In this document: positions 1 to 10,471 of the stretch, piece after piece
Layout: each line of letters starts with the position of its first letter
Position numbering within the stretch: position 1 is the first letter of the stretch
Source of the DNA: Nitrosopumilus sp.
GTDB taxonomy: Archaea; Thermoproteota; Nitrososphaeria; Nitrososphaerales; Nitrosopumilaceae
Assembly (NCBI GenBank): GCA_965207445.1
Contig: CBDBLX010000002.1
Span: 2,007,849-2,071,848 of the forward strand
Direction: 5' to 3'
DNA: 64,000 bases
Program-made: the position numbers and the translations under genes
Notes under the pieces: model-generated
Seen by the model: the letters and a program-made list of their open reading frames with translations, nothing else
Told to the model about the DNA's origin: nothing
Databases searched by the model: none

Positions 1-467
1 GCACCTGTAAAATCAAATTTAGCAACATCACGACTTATGCCACCATAATATGCTACAACGTGATATGCGTCATCAACCTTCCATAAAGGACCACCTGCTT
101 TAAACGAAAAAGTAAAAGAGCCATCACTACTAGGCATTGCTTGTCCTAGTGCCAGTATAGTCAACACAGCATCAGCAGAATCAGTTGACTCGAGTAAATG
201 CATAACCTTGAATGTGACAGAATTTTTTAGATCCAAGTCAGCAAAGTTTGGCACAGTGCCAGTCACAGACACAGTCTGACCGTTTGCATACAATGGTCGA
301 TCAGTCACAAGATCAAAAGAGGCAGTCGGAAGCACTTGACGCTCTAACTTTAGATTTTTATCATCCTCATCATCACCATTTGATTGTGCCAAAGCCTCAG
401 GTACAACACCAGATGATATCACAATTACAGCAAGAAATGAAAAGGCAATTACATGATTAATTTCCAT
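1..467 (-). CDS. Secreted thaumarchaeal surface protein, probably PEFG-CTERM type; runs off the window edge
   Basis: Manual translation from ATG 467: MEINHVIAFSFLAVIVISSGVVPEALAQ (signal peptide), then VTDRPLYANGQTVSVTG and GSFTFSFKAGGPLWK; open to position 3. Not in the ORF track. Confidence 0.7.
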   Translation of the reverse strand, partial: MEINHVIAFSFLAVIVISSGVVPEALAQSNGDDEDDKNLKLERQVLPTASFDLVTDRPLYANGQTVSVTGTVPNFADLDLKNSVTFKVMHLLESTDSADAVLTILALGQAMPSSDGSFTFSFKAGGPLWKVDDAYHVVAYYGGISRDVAKFDFTG

Positions 468-616
468 AATTATATTTTACCCATATAACCTGTATTTATG
501 TATTCCATAATAAATACCCCAATACAAGTCGATGTAATTTTACTCAAAATTACACATCATCATACATTTCAGATTCGACGACGAGTAGAGATTCATACAA
601 AGAGATTCAAGATTTC

Positions 617-686
617 GTGTGAACCAAGATCTGTGCGTGGAAAATGGCGTTTGGTGGATTTTCTAGGCACGGAGCTTGGTTCACAC
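617..686. mobile_element. MITE family A, short 70-bp copy
   Basis: 29-bp imperfect inverted repeats GTGTGAACCAAG...CTTGGTTCACAC flanked by a perfect 8-bp direct repeat AAGATTTC (609-616, 687-694). Confidence 0.8.
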
Positions 687-727
687 AAGATTTCACATGT
701 TTTTAACATCATACAAGATAGATGTAA

Positions 728-790
728 TCATCAATCAAATCATAGTATACGTTCATCAATCAAATCATAGTATACGTTCATCAATCAAAT
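728..790. repeat. 25-bp tandem duplication (about 2.5 copies) covering the stop codon of the S-layer-like gene
   Basis: TCATCAATCAAATCATAGTATACGT repeated. Confidence 0.85.
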
Positions 791-3700
791 ATTGAATCAA
801 ATTGACAAGAGCATCATCTGATATGAGTTTGGTAGACCACCATTTTACAACATGGCTCAACCACACAGGCACATCTAATTTAGTATTAGATGCAACATCG
901 TATGATATGATATCAGACTTTGCCAAATCTCCCAATACGTTTGTAAACATCTCATCAAATGTATCATCAGACCACTCAAACACAGTATGTTTTGGAATTA
1001 CAAGTGGCACCGATTCTACATAAAGTGAAACATTACCTACATGCACATCCTTTTGTGTGACGTTAATGTGGTAGAGGCCCTGTATGTCGTCTCCACCTTG
1101 AAAAGTCAATTTAGAGCCAAACTTCCCATATCCATTTGTTCTCAAATCAAATGTTTGCACATCACCACTAGGCGGCACCAATGCAACAGATACCACATAC
1201 TCAGACACATTAGAGCCAGTATTTCCAGACAGTACTACACCTTGAGTATCACCCACATCTTTTAACAATACATGATTTAGACTCAATGACACATACGGAT
1301 CTTGTGTATGGGCATCATCAACATGTTTGTTTTGTGTATGATCATTGTACATATCACTCTCAATTACATCGGAATGTTGTGTCGTATCATCAATATAATC
1401 AGGCCCAGATATCTCACCAGTATTACCTGCAACAGAAGACTCACTATGCAAGGAGCGCAAAAGACTAAATCTAGTCGGCTCGCCAGTAGAGTCTCGCGCA
1501 TCATAATATATGACATCAATACTGCCACCTGCAGTCGATATCAACTCATAGCCAGACTTGTCACATATCAAAGTCGGCATCTTGAATATTCCCTTAAACA
1601 TACCCGTTGCAGGACCAGTCTCAGTTAAAGTGAACCCGGTTGATGCAAGGCCTCCATACGTGACACCATCTATAACACAACGTTTGTATCGTATGTCCTT
1701 GAATTTTACCTCTAGTAATATACTAGTTGCATCACCCACAGTATCTACACTTGATAGTCGAGGGTCATCTACAGTATGGTACACCTCAATAGTATCAGCA
1801 GATGTGTTCAAGTCTGGATCAAAAAGTGTGACTGTAATGGGTGTGCCAAATCTTAGCTGTCCAGATGGTGTTGATACAGACACAGTGCCACTATTAGTTG
1901 TAATATCAGTCTCAGGGGAAGAGATAGACTGCGGTATTATAGCACCGACTTTTGCAAGATCATTATATGTAATTGTGATACCGTTTGTATGTATCATTTT
2001 ATCAAGTGTTACAAATTTTACATTATCACTTGTGGCGCGTATCTCACGTATAAAGTCAGGATCATCAATGTTTAGTTGATTGGCAGCTGCGAACTCTAGT
2101 GTTCCCTCAAATATACCTGAGTTGCGTGTAATCTCTTCTAGTTCTAATCGATACATGGCGTTATTTATTATAATATTATTTTTGATGCCAAAAGAAAATA
2201 TATCAATTACAATTGGATTGTATAATTGTGAGTTAGAGTGAGTGAGTGTACGAGACGTATCACTAACAAGGCCATCAGAGCCAAAATCAAACACTGCATA
2301 AACATCCCCCTGCATGTTTGCAATACGATGCACATCATCAGAATTTATCATGATCAAATCTTGTGCAGAATTTAATCGATCAGTAATTTTGATGTGAGGC
2401 GCACCAGAGTGTAAATCTCCAAAATAAAGACTCAAAGAGGCACCAGCAACACCGCCAAACATATCAAGTGAGCGCAAGTCAATATTCATCCAATTCGTTC
2501 CAAATGCAGATTGTGTTTGAGTATCGATCAGTGCACTGTATAGCGTAGTGGCAGAGAACCCCATCTTGATGGCCACCATCTCAGAGGAATTATTAACAGA
2601 CAGTTGCTCACTGCGCGTAATATCTAAATGCAATCTAGATGAAATTGGATCAAATGAATTAACAGATATTGGTACACCATCATCAAATGAACCACTATTA
2701 GGATAAAATACGACATTAGATGAACCAGATAATGTGAGTGGTTCACCTATACGAATTGATGGAATTATAGCATTGCTGTTGTATACATCAAGTGTATCAC
2801 GAGCGTTTGGATTTGTATTTTGGTCATGATCCTGTAATGTGATAGGTATGCGAGTGCCAGAACGCCACCCTGTTGTATCAATCTCAAAGGTAGGCGTAAT
2901 GTTTGGATCAGATAGTGACAGTGATGCAGTATGTGAGCCGGTCAATACAGAAAGAGACCGGTCATTATACGTGATAACAGCAGACGTTCCTCTGGGCGCA
3001 TCAGGTGAAATATAAAGATTTGAGAGATTCGACGAGTCTAAGCTTGTAAACAGTCCAGAATTTGCCCTATTTTCAACTAGCGTCACTATATCAGCATATA
3101 TGGTATCACCACTCTCAAGTGAGTCAATAGGTTGATTTTTGTTCTGTCTAATGTAGAGTACATCACCAAAGTCAACTTGCAAATATCCATTGTCATCAAA
3201 ACCAAGTGAGTCAAGGTGGGGGTACAGATTTGGTATACGATTATCACCACCACTATTAGAGGAGAATGCCTCATAAAAGACCAATGGATTATCATTGGAC
3301 ACACCAAATGTCCAAGCATCTTCATCAGTTGGATCTTGGTTTAACTGTACGTCTTGAATACTCAGTATTACATCTGCATGTGCAGGATATGGCTCGTCCA
3401 TACGGTCAGTAACAAAAAATATCGAATCATTATCACCGTATTTTAAAATGACTTGTTGAGGACTGCCTCCACCGCTCTCATACTGTATCCGGACATTGCC
3501 AGAAAATGAATAGAGTTGCACAATGGGCCAAGCATTCTGATGCAATCCAATACCCCCCACAGTCATGTTTTGATCAGATATAAGAGAAGGTGGTGAGCGC
3601 ACAACATTGTTTATTTTTTTAGACGATACAGACATGTCTCCCTGACATGCAACAAGTGACTCTTTACCATTTGAGAATTCAGTCAATCCACTTTGTCTAG

Positions 3701-4262
3701 GAGTCGATATTGCATCAGAGTCAGAAAACGATGTACCAAATACAGATTCCATAGTTGCAGATGAGCAAAAAACGCCAAAGTCAAGACCTTGTCCAGACAT
3801 ATCACGGTATATATGATCAGCGTTTTGTGCAGCATCTAAGTTTGCAAAATAACCATACCAATACCCATTTTTTGCCAAAGCCATACGCAAGGTAGCACCA
3901 TTAACACTAACATGAGGCTCGCCGCCACCACCACCAGTGTCACTTTTATCAAAATCAGTTATTACAACTTCAATTACCATAGAGCCTGCAAAATAATTAT
4001 CAAATTCTGGATTGTCTGCAGATACCAATAGACGGTTATCTGATGTATCGGCAAAGGCAGGCTCAAATAACAATAATGTAAGAGGCCATACATTATCCAA
4101 AAATATATTCGTATTATTGATTATATGATTATTGTACGGCATGCCATAAATGGTAAAAACTATAACAAAAAGGACAAAAAAACTGATCATAGTATGTATA
4201 TTCATATTTGGTAATGGTATTTCAAGTGCAGATAATATAGTAAGTGCAGACAGTATAGGCAT
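765..4262 (-). CDS. S-layer-protein-like secreted protein with C-terminal thaumarchaeal P-x-W...WW...IQYL motif
   Basis: VSADNPEFDNYFAGSMVIEVVI, GEPHVSVNG, WYGYFA, GLDFGVFC and LNQDPTDEDAWTF resemble the Nitrosopumilus S-layer protein N-terminus as recalled; ends VPVWLSHVVKWWSTKLISDDALVNLIQYLI. Confidence 0.7.
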   Translation of the reverse strand: MPILSALTILSALEIPLPNMNIHTMISFFVLFVIVFTIYGMPYNNHIINNTNIFLDNVWPLTLLLFEPAFADTSDNRLLVSADNPEFDNYFAGSMVIEVVITDFDKSDTGGGGGEPHVSVNGATLRMALAKNGYWYGYFANLDAAQNADHIYRDMSGQGLDFGVFCSSATMESVFGTSFSDSDAISTPRQSGLTEFSNGKESLVACQGDMSVSSKKINNVVRSPPSLISDQNMTVGGIGLHQNAWPIVQLYSFSGNVRIQYESGGGSPQQVILKYGDNDSIFFVTDRMDEPYPAHADVILSIQDVQLNQDPTDEDAWTFGVSNDNPLVFYEAFSSNSGGDNRIPNLYPHLDSLGFDDNGYLQVDFGDVLYIRQNKNQPIDSLESGDTIYADIVTLVENRANSGLFTSLDSSNLSNLYISPDAPRGTSAVITYNDRSLSVLTGSHTASLSLSDPNITPTFEIDTTGWRSGTRIPITLQDHDQNTNPNARDTLDVYNSNAIIPSIRIGEPLTLSGSSNVVFYPNSGSFDDGVPISVNSFDPISSRLHLDITRSEQLSVNNSSEMVAIKMGFSATTLYSALIDTQTQSAFGTNWMNIDLRSLDMFGGVAGASLSLYFGDLHSGAPHIKITDRLNSAQDLIMINSDDVHRIANMQGDVYAVFDFGSDGLVSDTSRTLTHSNSQLYNPIVIDIFSFGIKNNIIINNAMYRLELEEITRNSGIFEGTLEFAAANQLNIDDPDFIREIRATSDNVKFVTLDKMIHTNGITITYNDLAKVGAIIPQSISSPETDITTNSGTVSVSTPSGQLRFGTPITVTLFDPDLNTSADTIEVYHTVDDPRLSSVDTVGDATSILLEVKFKDIRYKRCVIDGVTYGGLASTGFTLTETGPATGMFKGIFKMPTLICDKSGYELISTAGGSIDVIYYDARDSTGEPTRFSLLRSLHSESSVAGNTGEISGPDYIDDTTQHSDVIESDMYNDHTQNKHVDDAHTQDPYVSLSLNHVLLKDVGDTQGVVLSGNTGSNVSEYVVSVALVPPSGDVQTFDLRTNGYGKFGSKLTFQGGDDIQGLYHINVTQKDVHVGNVSLYVESVPLVIPKHTVFEWSDDTFDEMFTNVLGDLAKSDIISYDVASNTKLDVPVWLSHVVKWWSTKLISDDALVNLIQYLIDERIL

Positions 4263-4345
4263 GATTGATAATCATATGAAACATGATAGTAAATAGTCTT
4301 GTAGTTTTAGCAACATGGTTATATTAGATATATCTATCACATATA

Positions 4346-5797
4346 ATGAACAAAGACGGCAATCATGAAGATTCTACACAAAATATGAAAAAATATTCGC
4401 AAAGACACAAAACATTACGATCATCGGATATGGTAATCACCAGAATAAAGAGAACCAAGGTTCTCTACATGTCACTAGGTGCAATATTTTCAGCGTTTGT
4501 AGTAGAGATGACACTAGGTGTGATATCAAACAGTCTTGCTTTGATAACAGATAGTATACACGCCTTGCTTGATTGCCTAGTCACAGCAATACTCTTGATT
4601 GCAGCCAAAATGGCATTAAAGCCACCAGATGCAGAGCACACCTACGGACACGGTAAAATAGAATCATTAGGTGGAATGATTGGAGGCATTGCAATACTTG
4701 TAATTGCATGTTTTTTCATATACGAATCCCTACACAGACTACAAGAACCTCCACCCAGCATAATACCAGGTATGTTAGCTATGGCAGGAGGTGCATATAC
4801 AATATGTGTGGACATATTCAGAATAGTACTGCTCAAAAAAAGTCTCACTGGCGAAAACAAAACTAGTGTTACCATCAAAACCGACATGTATCATGCCATA
4901 ATGGACTTGGGAACTACAGGTATTGCAATAATAGGAATTATGTTTGCATACATGGGTACATATCAAGGTGACCATATAGCAGCTCTAGTTTTAGGAGGGC
5001 TGCTAGTGGCACTAAGTATAAAATTGATACATCGTACGGCACTTGACCTAACAGATGTCATATCACCTGATATGGTATCTGAGGTACATCATATAGTAAA
5101 CTCAACTAGAGGGGTCGTGAGTACAGGTGCGGTGTTGATGCGAAGATCAGGAGACACCATATTTGCAGACATTACCATACTATTGCGCGGGGATGTAAGT
5201 TTTGATAGAGCACATGAGATTAGTGCAGATGTTGAGAGAAATATACTGCAAAAAATCAAGAATGCATCTGTGACGGTTCACTTTGAGCCAGAGTGGCATA
5301 ATGTTCCAGTTGACTCTAAAATATCAGATATTGCAAAGAATATCAAAGGTGTCAAAGGAGTTCACAATGTCAACACGTACAAAAAGGACAGTGACATGTA
5401 CGCAGACTTGCATGTAATGGTGGATAGTGCAACAAACCTGACCACAGCACATAAAATATCAGAGATGGTAGAGACAAAGATCAAAGATGAGATTCCAGAA
5501 ATAATACACACTACAGTGCATTTAGAACCATTTACCACCATACCAAAGAATTTTGATGTAGAGGATGTGCAGGTCAATGAAAAGATAAGAACGATTATCA
5601 GCAAATACCCTCAGGTTTGTACAATAGGAAGGATAATTTCACTAAGTTTTGAGAATGTGTTTAAGATTGACGTTGACTGTTCTTTTGATGGGAACATGTC
5701 AATTGAAGAGGTACACAAACTAGTATCTACTGTTGAGCGAGCAATTGCAAGTGAGATCGATAATGCAATAATTACGATACACCCAGAGCCGATCTAA
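4346..5797 (+). CDS. Cation diffusion facilitator (FieF-like) transporter with repeated C-terminal dimerisation domains
   Basis: DSIHALLD, PPDAEHTYGHGKIE, TM helices, three HxEP-ended domains; start may be further downstream. Confidence 0.9.
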   Translation: MNKDGNHEDSTQNMKKYSQRHKTLRSSDMVITRIKRTKVLYMSLGAIFSAFVVEMTLGVISNSLALITDSIHALLDCLVTAILLIAAKMALKPPDAEHTYGHGKIESLGGMIGGIAILVIACFFIYESLHRLQEPPPSIIPGMLAMAGGAYTICVDIFRIVLLKKSLTGENKTSVTIKTDMYHAIMDLGTTGIAIIGIMFAYMGTYQGDHIAALVLGGLLVALSIKLIHRTALDLTDVISPDMVSEVHHIVNSTRGVVSTGAVLMRRSGDTIFADITILLRGDVSFDRAHEISADVERNILQKIKNASVTVHFEPEWHNVPVDSKISDIAKNIKGVKGVHNVNTYKKDSDMYADLHVMVDSATNLTTAHKISEMVETKIKDEIPEIIHTTVHLEPFTTIPKNFDVEDVQVNEKIRTIISKYPQVCTIGRIISLSFENVFKIDVDCSFDGNMSIEEVHKLVSTVERAIASEIDNAIITIHPEPI

Positions 5798-5834
5798 GGG
5801 ATGTCTTATGATTAATTTTTAGGTATGGGGATTT

Positions 5835-5915
5835 AGTGTAGTTATTCTAGTGTAGAGTTATTCAGTGTAGAGTTATTCAGTGTAGAGTTATTCAGTGTAG
5901 AGTTATTCAGTGTAG
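5835..5915. repeat. 15-bp tandem repeat AGTGTAGAGTTATTC (4 perfect copies plus partials)
   Basis: Direct reading; no spacers. Confidence 0.9.
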
Positions 5916-6093
5916 TTTAATACAGCTACTCTCTAATTGCAAAGGGCTTTGAGAAGACAGTAGTCAAGTTACTCTAGTGCAGTTATACCCTAATCATTGA
6001 TCCGAACACCATCAAATTGATTATAAAATTGTCAAAATGTTAATCATGCCAAACAAAACGCACTGTACAATACTTTTTTTGGATGTGCGTCAA

Positions 6094-7470
6094 TCACACA
6101 AGAATACTAGTGATATACATTATCAACATGCCAATTGCAATCCCAATGGCAAATGGTGCACCAAGTAATCCATTTTTATTATCATGTTTTACACGAGTAG
6201 TTGAATCGTTCAAAGTGTCATTGTCGCTTATACCATAGGTTCTAGACGTATCAGGTGTCGTGTCACCATTATCACCATTATCATTACTATGATCATTACG
6301 ATCATCATTACGATCATCATTACTATCACCATTACCATTACTACCATACGCCCTAACAGAATCCATTCCAATCCACCGAATCAAAACCACCATAACCTGA
6401 AATATCGCACCGGCGCCCACACCCAAAAATATTACAGATGCAAATGGTGAAAATGCAAATCCACCAACCCAACCACCAAATATTGCAGGCGCACCGGCCA
6501 CAACACCCAACACACCTAGTTGCCACACAGATACGCGTGCATGAGACAGTGGAGCTGCAATAGCTACACCTTCTGTCACATTATGTATTGCAAACCCTAT
6601 TATCAAAAATGCACCAAACGCAACAGAACCCAACCCCACCGCAGCACCAATTGCAAGACCTTCACCAAAGTTATGCAGTCCAATACCAATAGAGATCATC
6701 ATAGCAATAACAATAGGTCGTGTGAACTTAGATGATCGTACGCTAACGAGTCGCTCACCTGCATAGTACAGCCCCAAAAATGACAACACAACAGAGGTTG
6801 CAAGCAACATTAATCCATTAAAACTGCCTGCCAAATTTTCTTGAGATACATCCACTGCTTCTTCTATAGAATCAAGTGCCAGAAACAACAACAGTCCAAT
6901 AGTCACTGCCAAAAAGAACACATACACACTTTTGCCCATACGACGCATGAATGGCAACCACAACAACCCTATCAAAACAGGTATTACGCCCACATACGAT
7001 CCAATTACAGCAAAAAATCCAATCATATCCCATGACGGCTCCAACGATCGAGCAGCAGCCTCTACCTCGCGCTCAAATCTAGTCCCATCACCAACTGTAA
7101 TACCAATAACATATGGTTCTGCCACATTCCAATCAAATGGTATGCGTACAAGAGCAGTCTCGTATCGCTCAAGATAACCATCAGGCTCAACAGCGGCAGG
7201 ATGAATGCGATCATTTACATCTGCAATTACAACAGAAACAGGAATAGGTCCAGTATTCCGAACAATTGCATTAATCTCAGAGTCAACGAACATTACACGC
7301 TCAATTGTAATTTCGGGTAATGGTACACCCAAATCAAGCATGTCAGAACCAGGTCCAAACACATATGCCACCAATACAATTACAAGAACAAAAGGTATCA
7401 CACCACTTGCTATTGTACGCGCTCGACTCACATTACGTGTTTTATTGTAAATGTTAGATTCATGTGCCAT
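6094..7470 (-). CDS. ZIP-family divalent metal transporter
   Basis: GLHNFGEGLAIG and IHNVTEG motifs; D/N-rich low-complexity insert near the C-terminus. Confidence 0.9.
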   Translation of the reverse strand: MAHESNIYNKTRNVSRARTIASGVIPFVLVIVLVAYVFGPGSDMLDLGVPLPEITIERVMFVDSEINAIVRNTGPIPVSVVIADVNDRIHPAAVEPDGYLERYETALVRIPFDWNVAEPYVIGITVGDGTRFEREVEAAARSLEPSWDMIGFFAVIGSYVGVIPVLIGLLWLPFMRRMGKSVYVFFLAVTIGLLLFLALDSIEEAVDVSQENLAGSFNGLMLLATSVVLSFLGLYYAGERLVSVRSSKFTRPIVIAMMISIGIGLHNFGEGLAIGAAVGLGSVAFGAFLIIGFAIHNVTEGVAIAAPLSHARVSVWQLGVLGVVAGAPAIFGGWVGGFAFSPFASVIFLGVGAGAIFQVMVVLIRWIGMDSVRAYGSNGNGDSNDDRNDDRNDHSNDNGDNGDTTPDTSRTYGISDNDTLNDSTTRVKHDNKNGLLGAPFAIGIAIGMLIMYITSILV

Positions 7471-8572
7471 ACATATCAGACTCGCCTAGTTGTGGCAACA
7501 CAGTAGATGAATTGTCCGGTACATCAGAGTCACGTACCAAGAACATCCCAACCCAACCTTTTTCAGAGAACTCTACTTTGTGTGCATGAAACAGAAATTT
7601 ACCAGGGTGATCATATGTAAACTCCATGATACCACGTTCAGTCTGGGATAGTGTAATCATATCAGTATAAAATGAGGGTACTCGATCAGTTCCTGTTGGA
7701 TAATAATAATACAGATTGCCATGTAGATGAAAGTTGTTTATGGGATCAAACTCTACCATATTAACAACATAGATGCGCACCAATTCACCTGTATTGATCT
7801 CTATTGGGTGATGTTGATAATAAAATGGAATAGTATTTGCAGCATAAAAGTTGTTTTCACCATCAAAATCAGTATCAAGTCCATTTAATACCATCACCAT
7901 CTCATCAGCAGGTGCTCTGCCCTCTTTTGGATCCACAATAAACACACCATACAGACCATGTATGATATGCTCCTCAAGTGGCATGATATGACAGTGATAC
8001 GGATGCACACCCACAGGTCCTGCCTCAAATTCATAGACAAACTGGCCGCCGCTGCCACCAACAGGCTCAAACACACCATCCATTATAGCAGGATGTATGC
8101 CATGAAAGTGCATCGTATGAGGCTTTGTTCCATTGTTGATAAATGTAACACGAACAATATCACCCTCAGTCGCTCTAATTGTAGGACCGGGTACTGTCCC
8201 ATTATATGTCCACACATTATAAAACACACCAGGTGCGATCTCTTGTATTTGATCATCGTCTGCAACTATAGTATATTCTCTTATAGTTTGGCCAGTATCA
8301 GATATAGACACATCACCGTACTCAAAGTTTCTCAGATATACATCAGGATCAAATTCTACTTTGGATACTTTGTATACTGGATCAAGTACTTGTCCACTAG
8401 TAGTAATTACTGCGCCAGTATGCGTCAAAAACGTCTTTTGTTCTGACTGTGCATCAGTTGTGCCACCAAACAAATAAGAACCAAATAAGAATACAGTTGC
8501 AACTGAAGAGATCAGAGCCACCAACATTACCATAGATAAATTATTTGTATAATATGACATAATATGACCCAT
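7460..8572 (-). CDS. Two-domain multicopper oxidase
   Basis: HTMHFHG, YHCH...H, FHLHG and FHAH copper motifs; N-terminal TM; overlaps the ZIP start. Confidence 0.9.
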   Translation of the reverse strand: MGHIMSYYTNNLSMVMLVALISSVATVFLFGSYLFGGTTDAQSEQKTFLTHTGAVITTSGQVLDPVYKVSKVEFDPDVYLRNFEYGDVSISDTGQTIREYTIVADDDQIQEIAPGVFYNVWTYNGTVPGPTIRATEGDIVRVTFINNGTKPHTMHFHGIHPAIMDGVFEPVGGSGGQFVYEFEAGPVGVHPYHCHIMPLEEHIIHGLYGVFIVDPKEGRAPADEMVMVLNGLDTDFDGENNFYAANTIPFYYQHHPIEINTGELVRIYVVNMVEFDPINNFHLHGNLYYYYPTGTDRVPSFYTDMITLSQTERGIMEFTYDHPGKFLFHAHKVEFSEKGWVGMFLVRDSDVPDNSSTVLPQLGESDMYGT

Positions 8573-8590
8573 GTTAATTATAATTTAAAT

Positions 8591-8623
8591 TTAACCAAAG
8601 CTAACTTTTTTAGGTTAAACTAA
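8591..8623. promoter_or_regulatory. Putative DtxR/MntR-family operator upstream of MCO-ZIP
   Basis: Near-palindrome TTAGGTTAAACTAA (8610-8623) and degenerate TTAACCAAAGCTAA (8591-8604) next to an AT-rich TATA-like element. Confidence 0.55.
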
Positions 8624-8673
8624 CTTTTTTGAGTCATCATAGATTTAATACACAATGCATAGTCATACAATTA

Positions 8674-9189
8674 ATGCGCAAAGTAATGATCGCACTAGCA
8701 AGTTGCGGAGGCGCCATAGCACTAGGACTCGTACTGATGGTACTTGGAACACAAGCAGTGTTAGATGATGTGGTGCAAGCAAGTGACACGATAAGCACAA
8801 GTAAAGATTTGAAGATTGATGTTGTAATGGACCCTATTGGTGACAATGTACCGGTGGGTGTGTTTGCAGTACAGGTATTAGATACGGTAAATACAGATGT
8901 AACTGTACATGTGTTAGATCCGTTTGGCACCACTATTGCTTCTGCTGAAATTACAGAAGGGAATGTAGAAGGAAGATTTGATGTAGATGTTGAAGGAACA
9001 TACACATTGATTATACAAAATAACCAATATGATGTAGTAACTGTGTTTGGTGCAATAGGCCCATTGCCAGACATTGGCTCAAAGGCACTTGCATTTATCC
9101 CGTTTTACATGTTACTTGCCGGAATAATGGGCATGGCAGGACTAGGCATATACGGCATCGTGAGCATGAAAAAGATGAGACGTGATTAA
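8674..9189 (+). CDS. Membrane protein with two TM helices and an extracytoplasmic beta domain
   Basis: Hydrophobic N- and C-terminal segments; start moved to ATG 8674 (MRKVM). Confidence 0.7.
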   Translation: MRKVMIALASCGGAIALGLVLMVLGTQAVLDDVVQASDTISTSKDLKIDVVMDPIGDNVPVGVFAVQVLDTVNTDVTVHVLDPFGTTIASAEITEGNVEGRFDVDVEGTYTLIIQNNQYDVVTVFGAIGPLPDIGSKALAFIPFYMLLAGIMGMAGLGIYGIVSMKKMRRD

Positions 9190-9503
9190 TTCAAATAACT
9201 ATCCATTTTTTCAAGTCCACTTACAGCAGCATCAAAGTTGCCACTATTCTCTATTATCTCCGATAACTTTTCAGAGTTGGCCTCAAGAGTTATGGTTTTG
9301 GAGGATTCATCTATACTTTTGCGTATAAAGTCATGTTCTATGAGATATGAGAGTCTATCAATTACATCAGATTCTGATATTGATGCAGTATTTGCAAGGT
9401 GTGAGCATAGTTTACCACCATCTTCTAGTTCTGCTATGAGAAGTGATGTAGTAGGATCAAACATACATTCAACCACTTTATCTCGGTCATATTCAGCGCT
9501 CAT
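9186..9503 (-). CDS. Winged-helix-like hypothetical protein
   Basis: MFDPTTSLLIAEL...LSYLIEHDFI resembles an ArsR-like wHTH. Confidence 0.65.
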   Translation of the reverse strand: MSAEYDRDKVVECMFDPTTSLLIAELEDGGKLCSHLANTASISESDVIDRLSYLIEHDFIRKSIDESSKTITLEANSEKLSEIIENSGNFDAAVSGLEKMDSYLN

Positions 9504-9985
9504 AATAGACAAAACAAATGTTACATTATAATCGTGTCGTATCAAGACATATCATATTAGGCACATTATACAAGCATTTGCACAATATCAGAAAAATACT
9601 GAAAAATCAAATAATATGAAATAGCAAACAAAACATGCAGCAGATGTGCAGAGGCGATAAATCAGGTAAGGGTGAGCACTGTTATTGTATAAATATAGAC
9701 AAACAAAGTGGAGTTAAAAAATGCTGCAGGTGCGGCTTGTGGAATATACACAGAAAAGATTGGACGAGTATAGAAGATTATAAATGATTATATTTAGTAC
9801 AAGGCATGAGTATTGTATTTGGTGTTGTTAAAGAGAATATTATAAGATAAAAAATTGGCAATTACTTTGGTTTGGTTGAACCTCTACCAATTATATGAAT
9901 GTATAAAATCAAAAAGACATTAAATTTTTGATAAAATATTGTGCAATGTATGGTTTTTATCGGGGATCTGTCGCATTTTAAATAC

Positions 9986-10459
9986 TTGAGTGAAGACAAA
10001 CAAGAATACAGGCACATAGTCCGAATACTAGGAAACGACATACCGGGTGAGAAAAAGGTACTCATAGGATTGACGCAGATCAAAGGTATTGGGTACAACT
10101 TTGCCACTGCGATACTAGATGTGCTAAAGATAAATCATAATCTGAATGTCGGCGATATTACAGATAGTGATGTTCAAAAGATCGAAGAGATGATAACAGA
10201 CCCCATATCAGCAGGTGTGCCACGGTGGTTTCTTAATAGACAAAAAGATATAGAGACAGGACTAGACAAGCATTTACTTACATCAGATATTCCATTTACA
10301 CTACGAAATGACATAGAGCGGGAGAGAGTCACTGCAAGCTGGAGAGGGTACAGACATCTAAGTGGACTCAAAGTTAGAGGACAGAGAACACGAACATCTG
10401 GTAGGAGGGGTGGTGCAGTAGGCGTGGCAAAGGGTGGCGGCGCAGCACCGGCCAAATAG
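9986..10459 (+). CDS. rps13: 30S ribosomal protein S13
   Basis: [34 protein letters not shown] start at 9986. Confidence 0.97.
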   Translation: MSEDKQEYRHIVRILGNDIPGEKKVLIGLTQIKGIGYNFATAILDVLKINHNLNVGDITDSDVQKIEEMITDPISAGVPRWFLNRQKDIETGLDKHLLTSDIPFTLRNDIERERVTASWRGYRHLSGLKVRGQRTRTSGRRGGAVGVAKGGGAAPAK

Positions 10460-10471
10460 GAGTCGATTATA

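Noticed and set aside
5835..5915. Regular repeat as a possible CRISPR array
   Set aside because: Head-to-tail 15-bp units with no spacers.
9546..9985. Possible tRNA or leader RNA upstream of rps13
   Set aside because: No cloverleaf or convincing stem found by eye.
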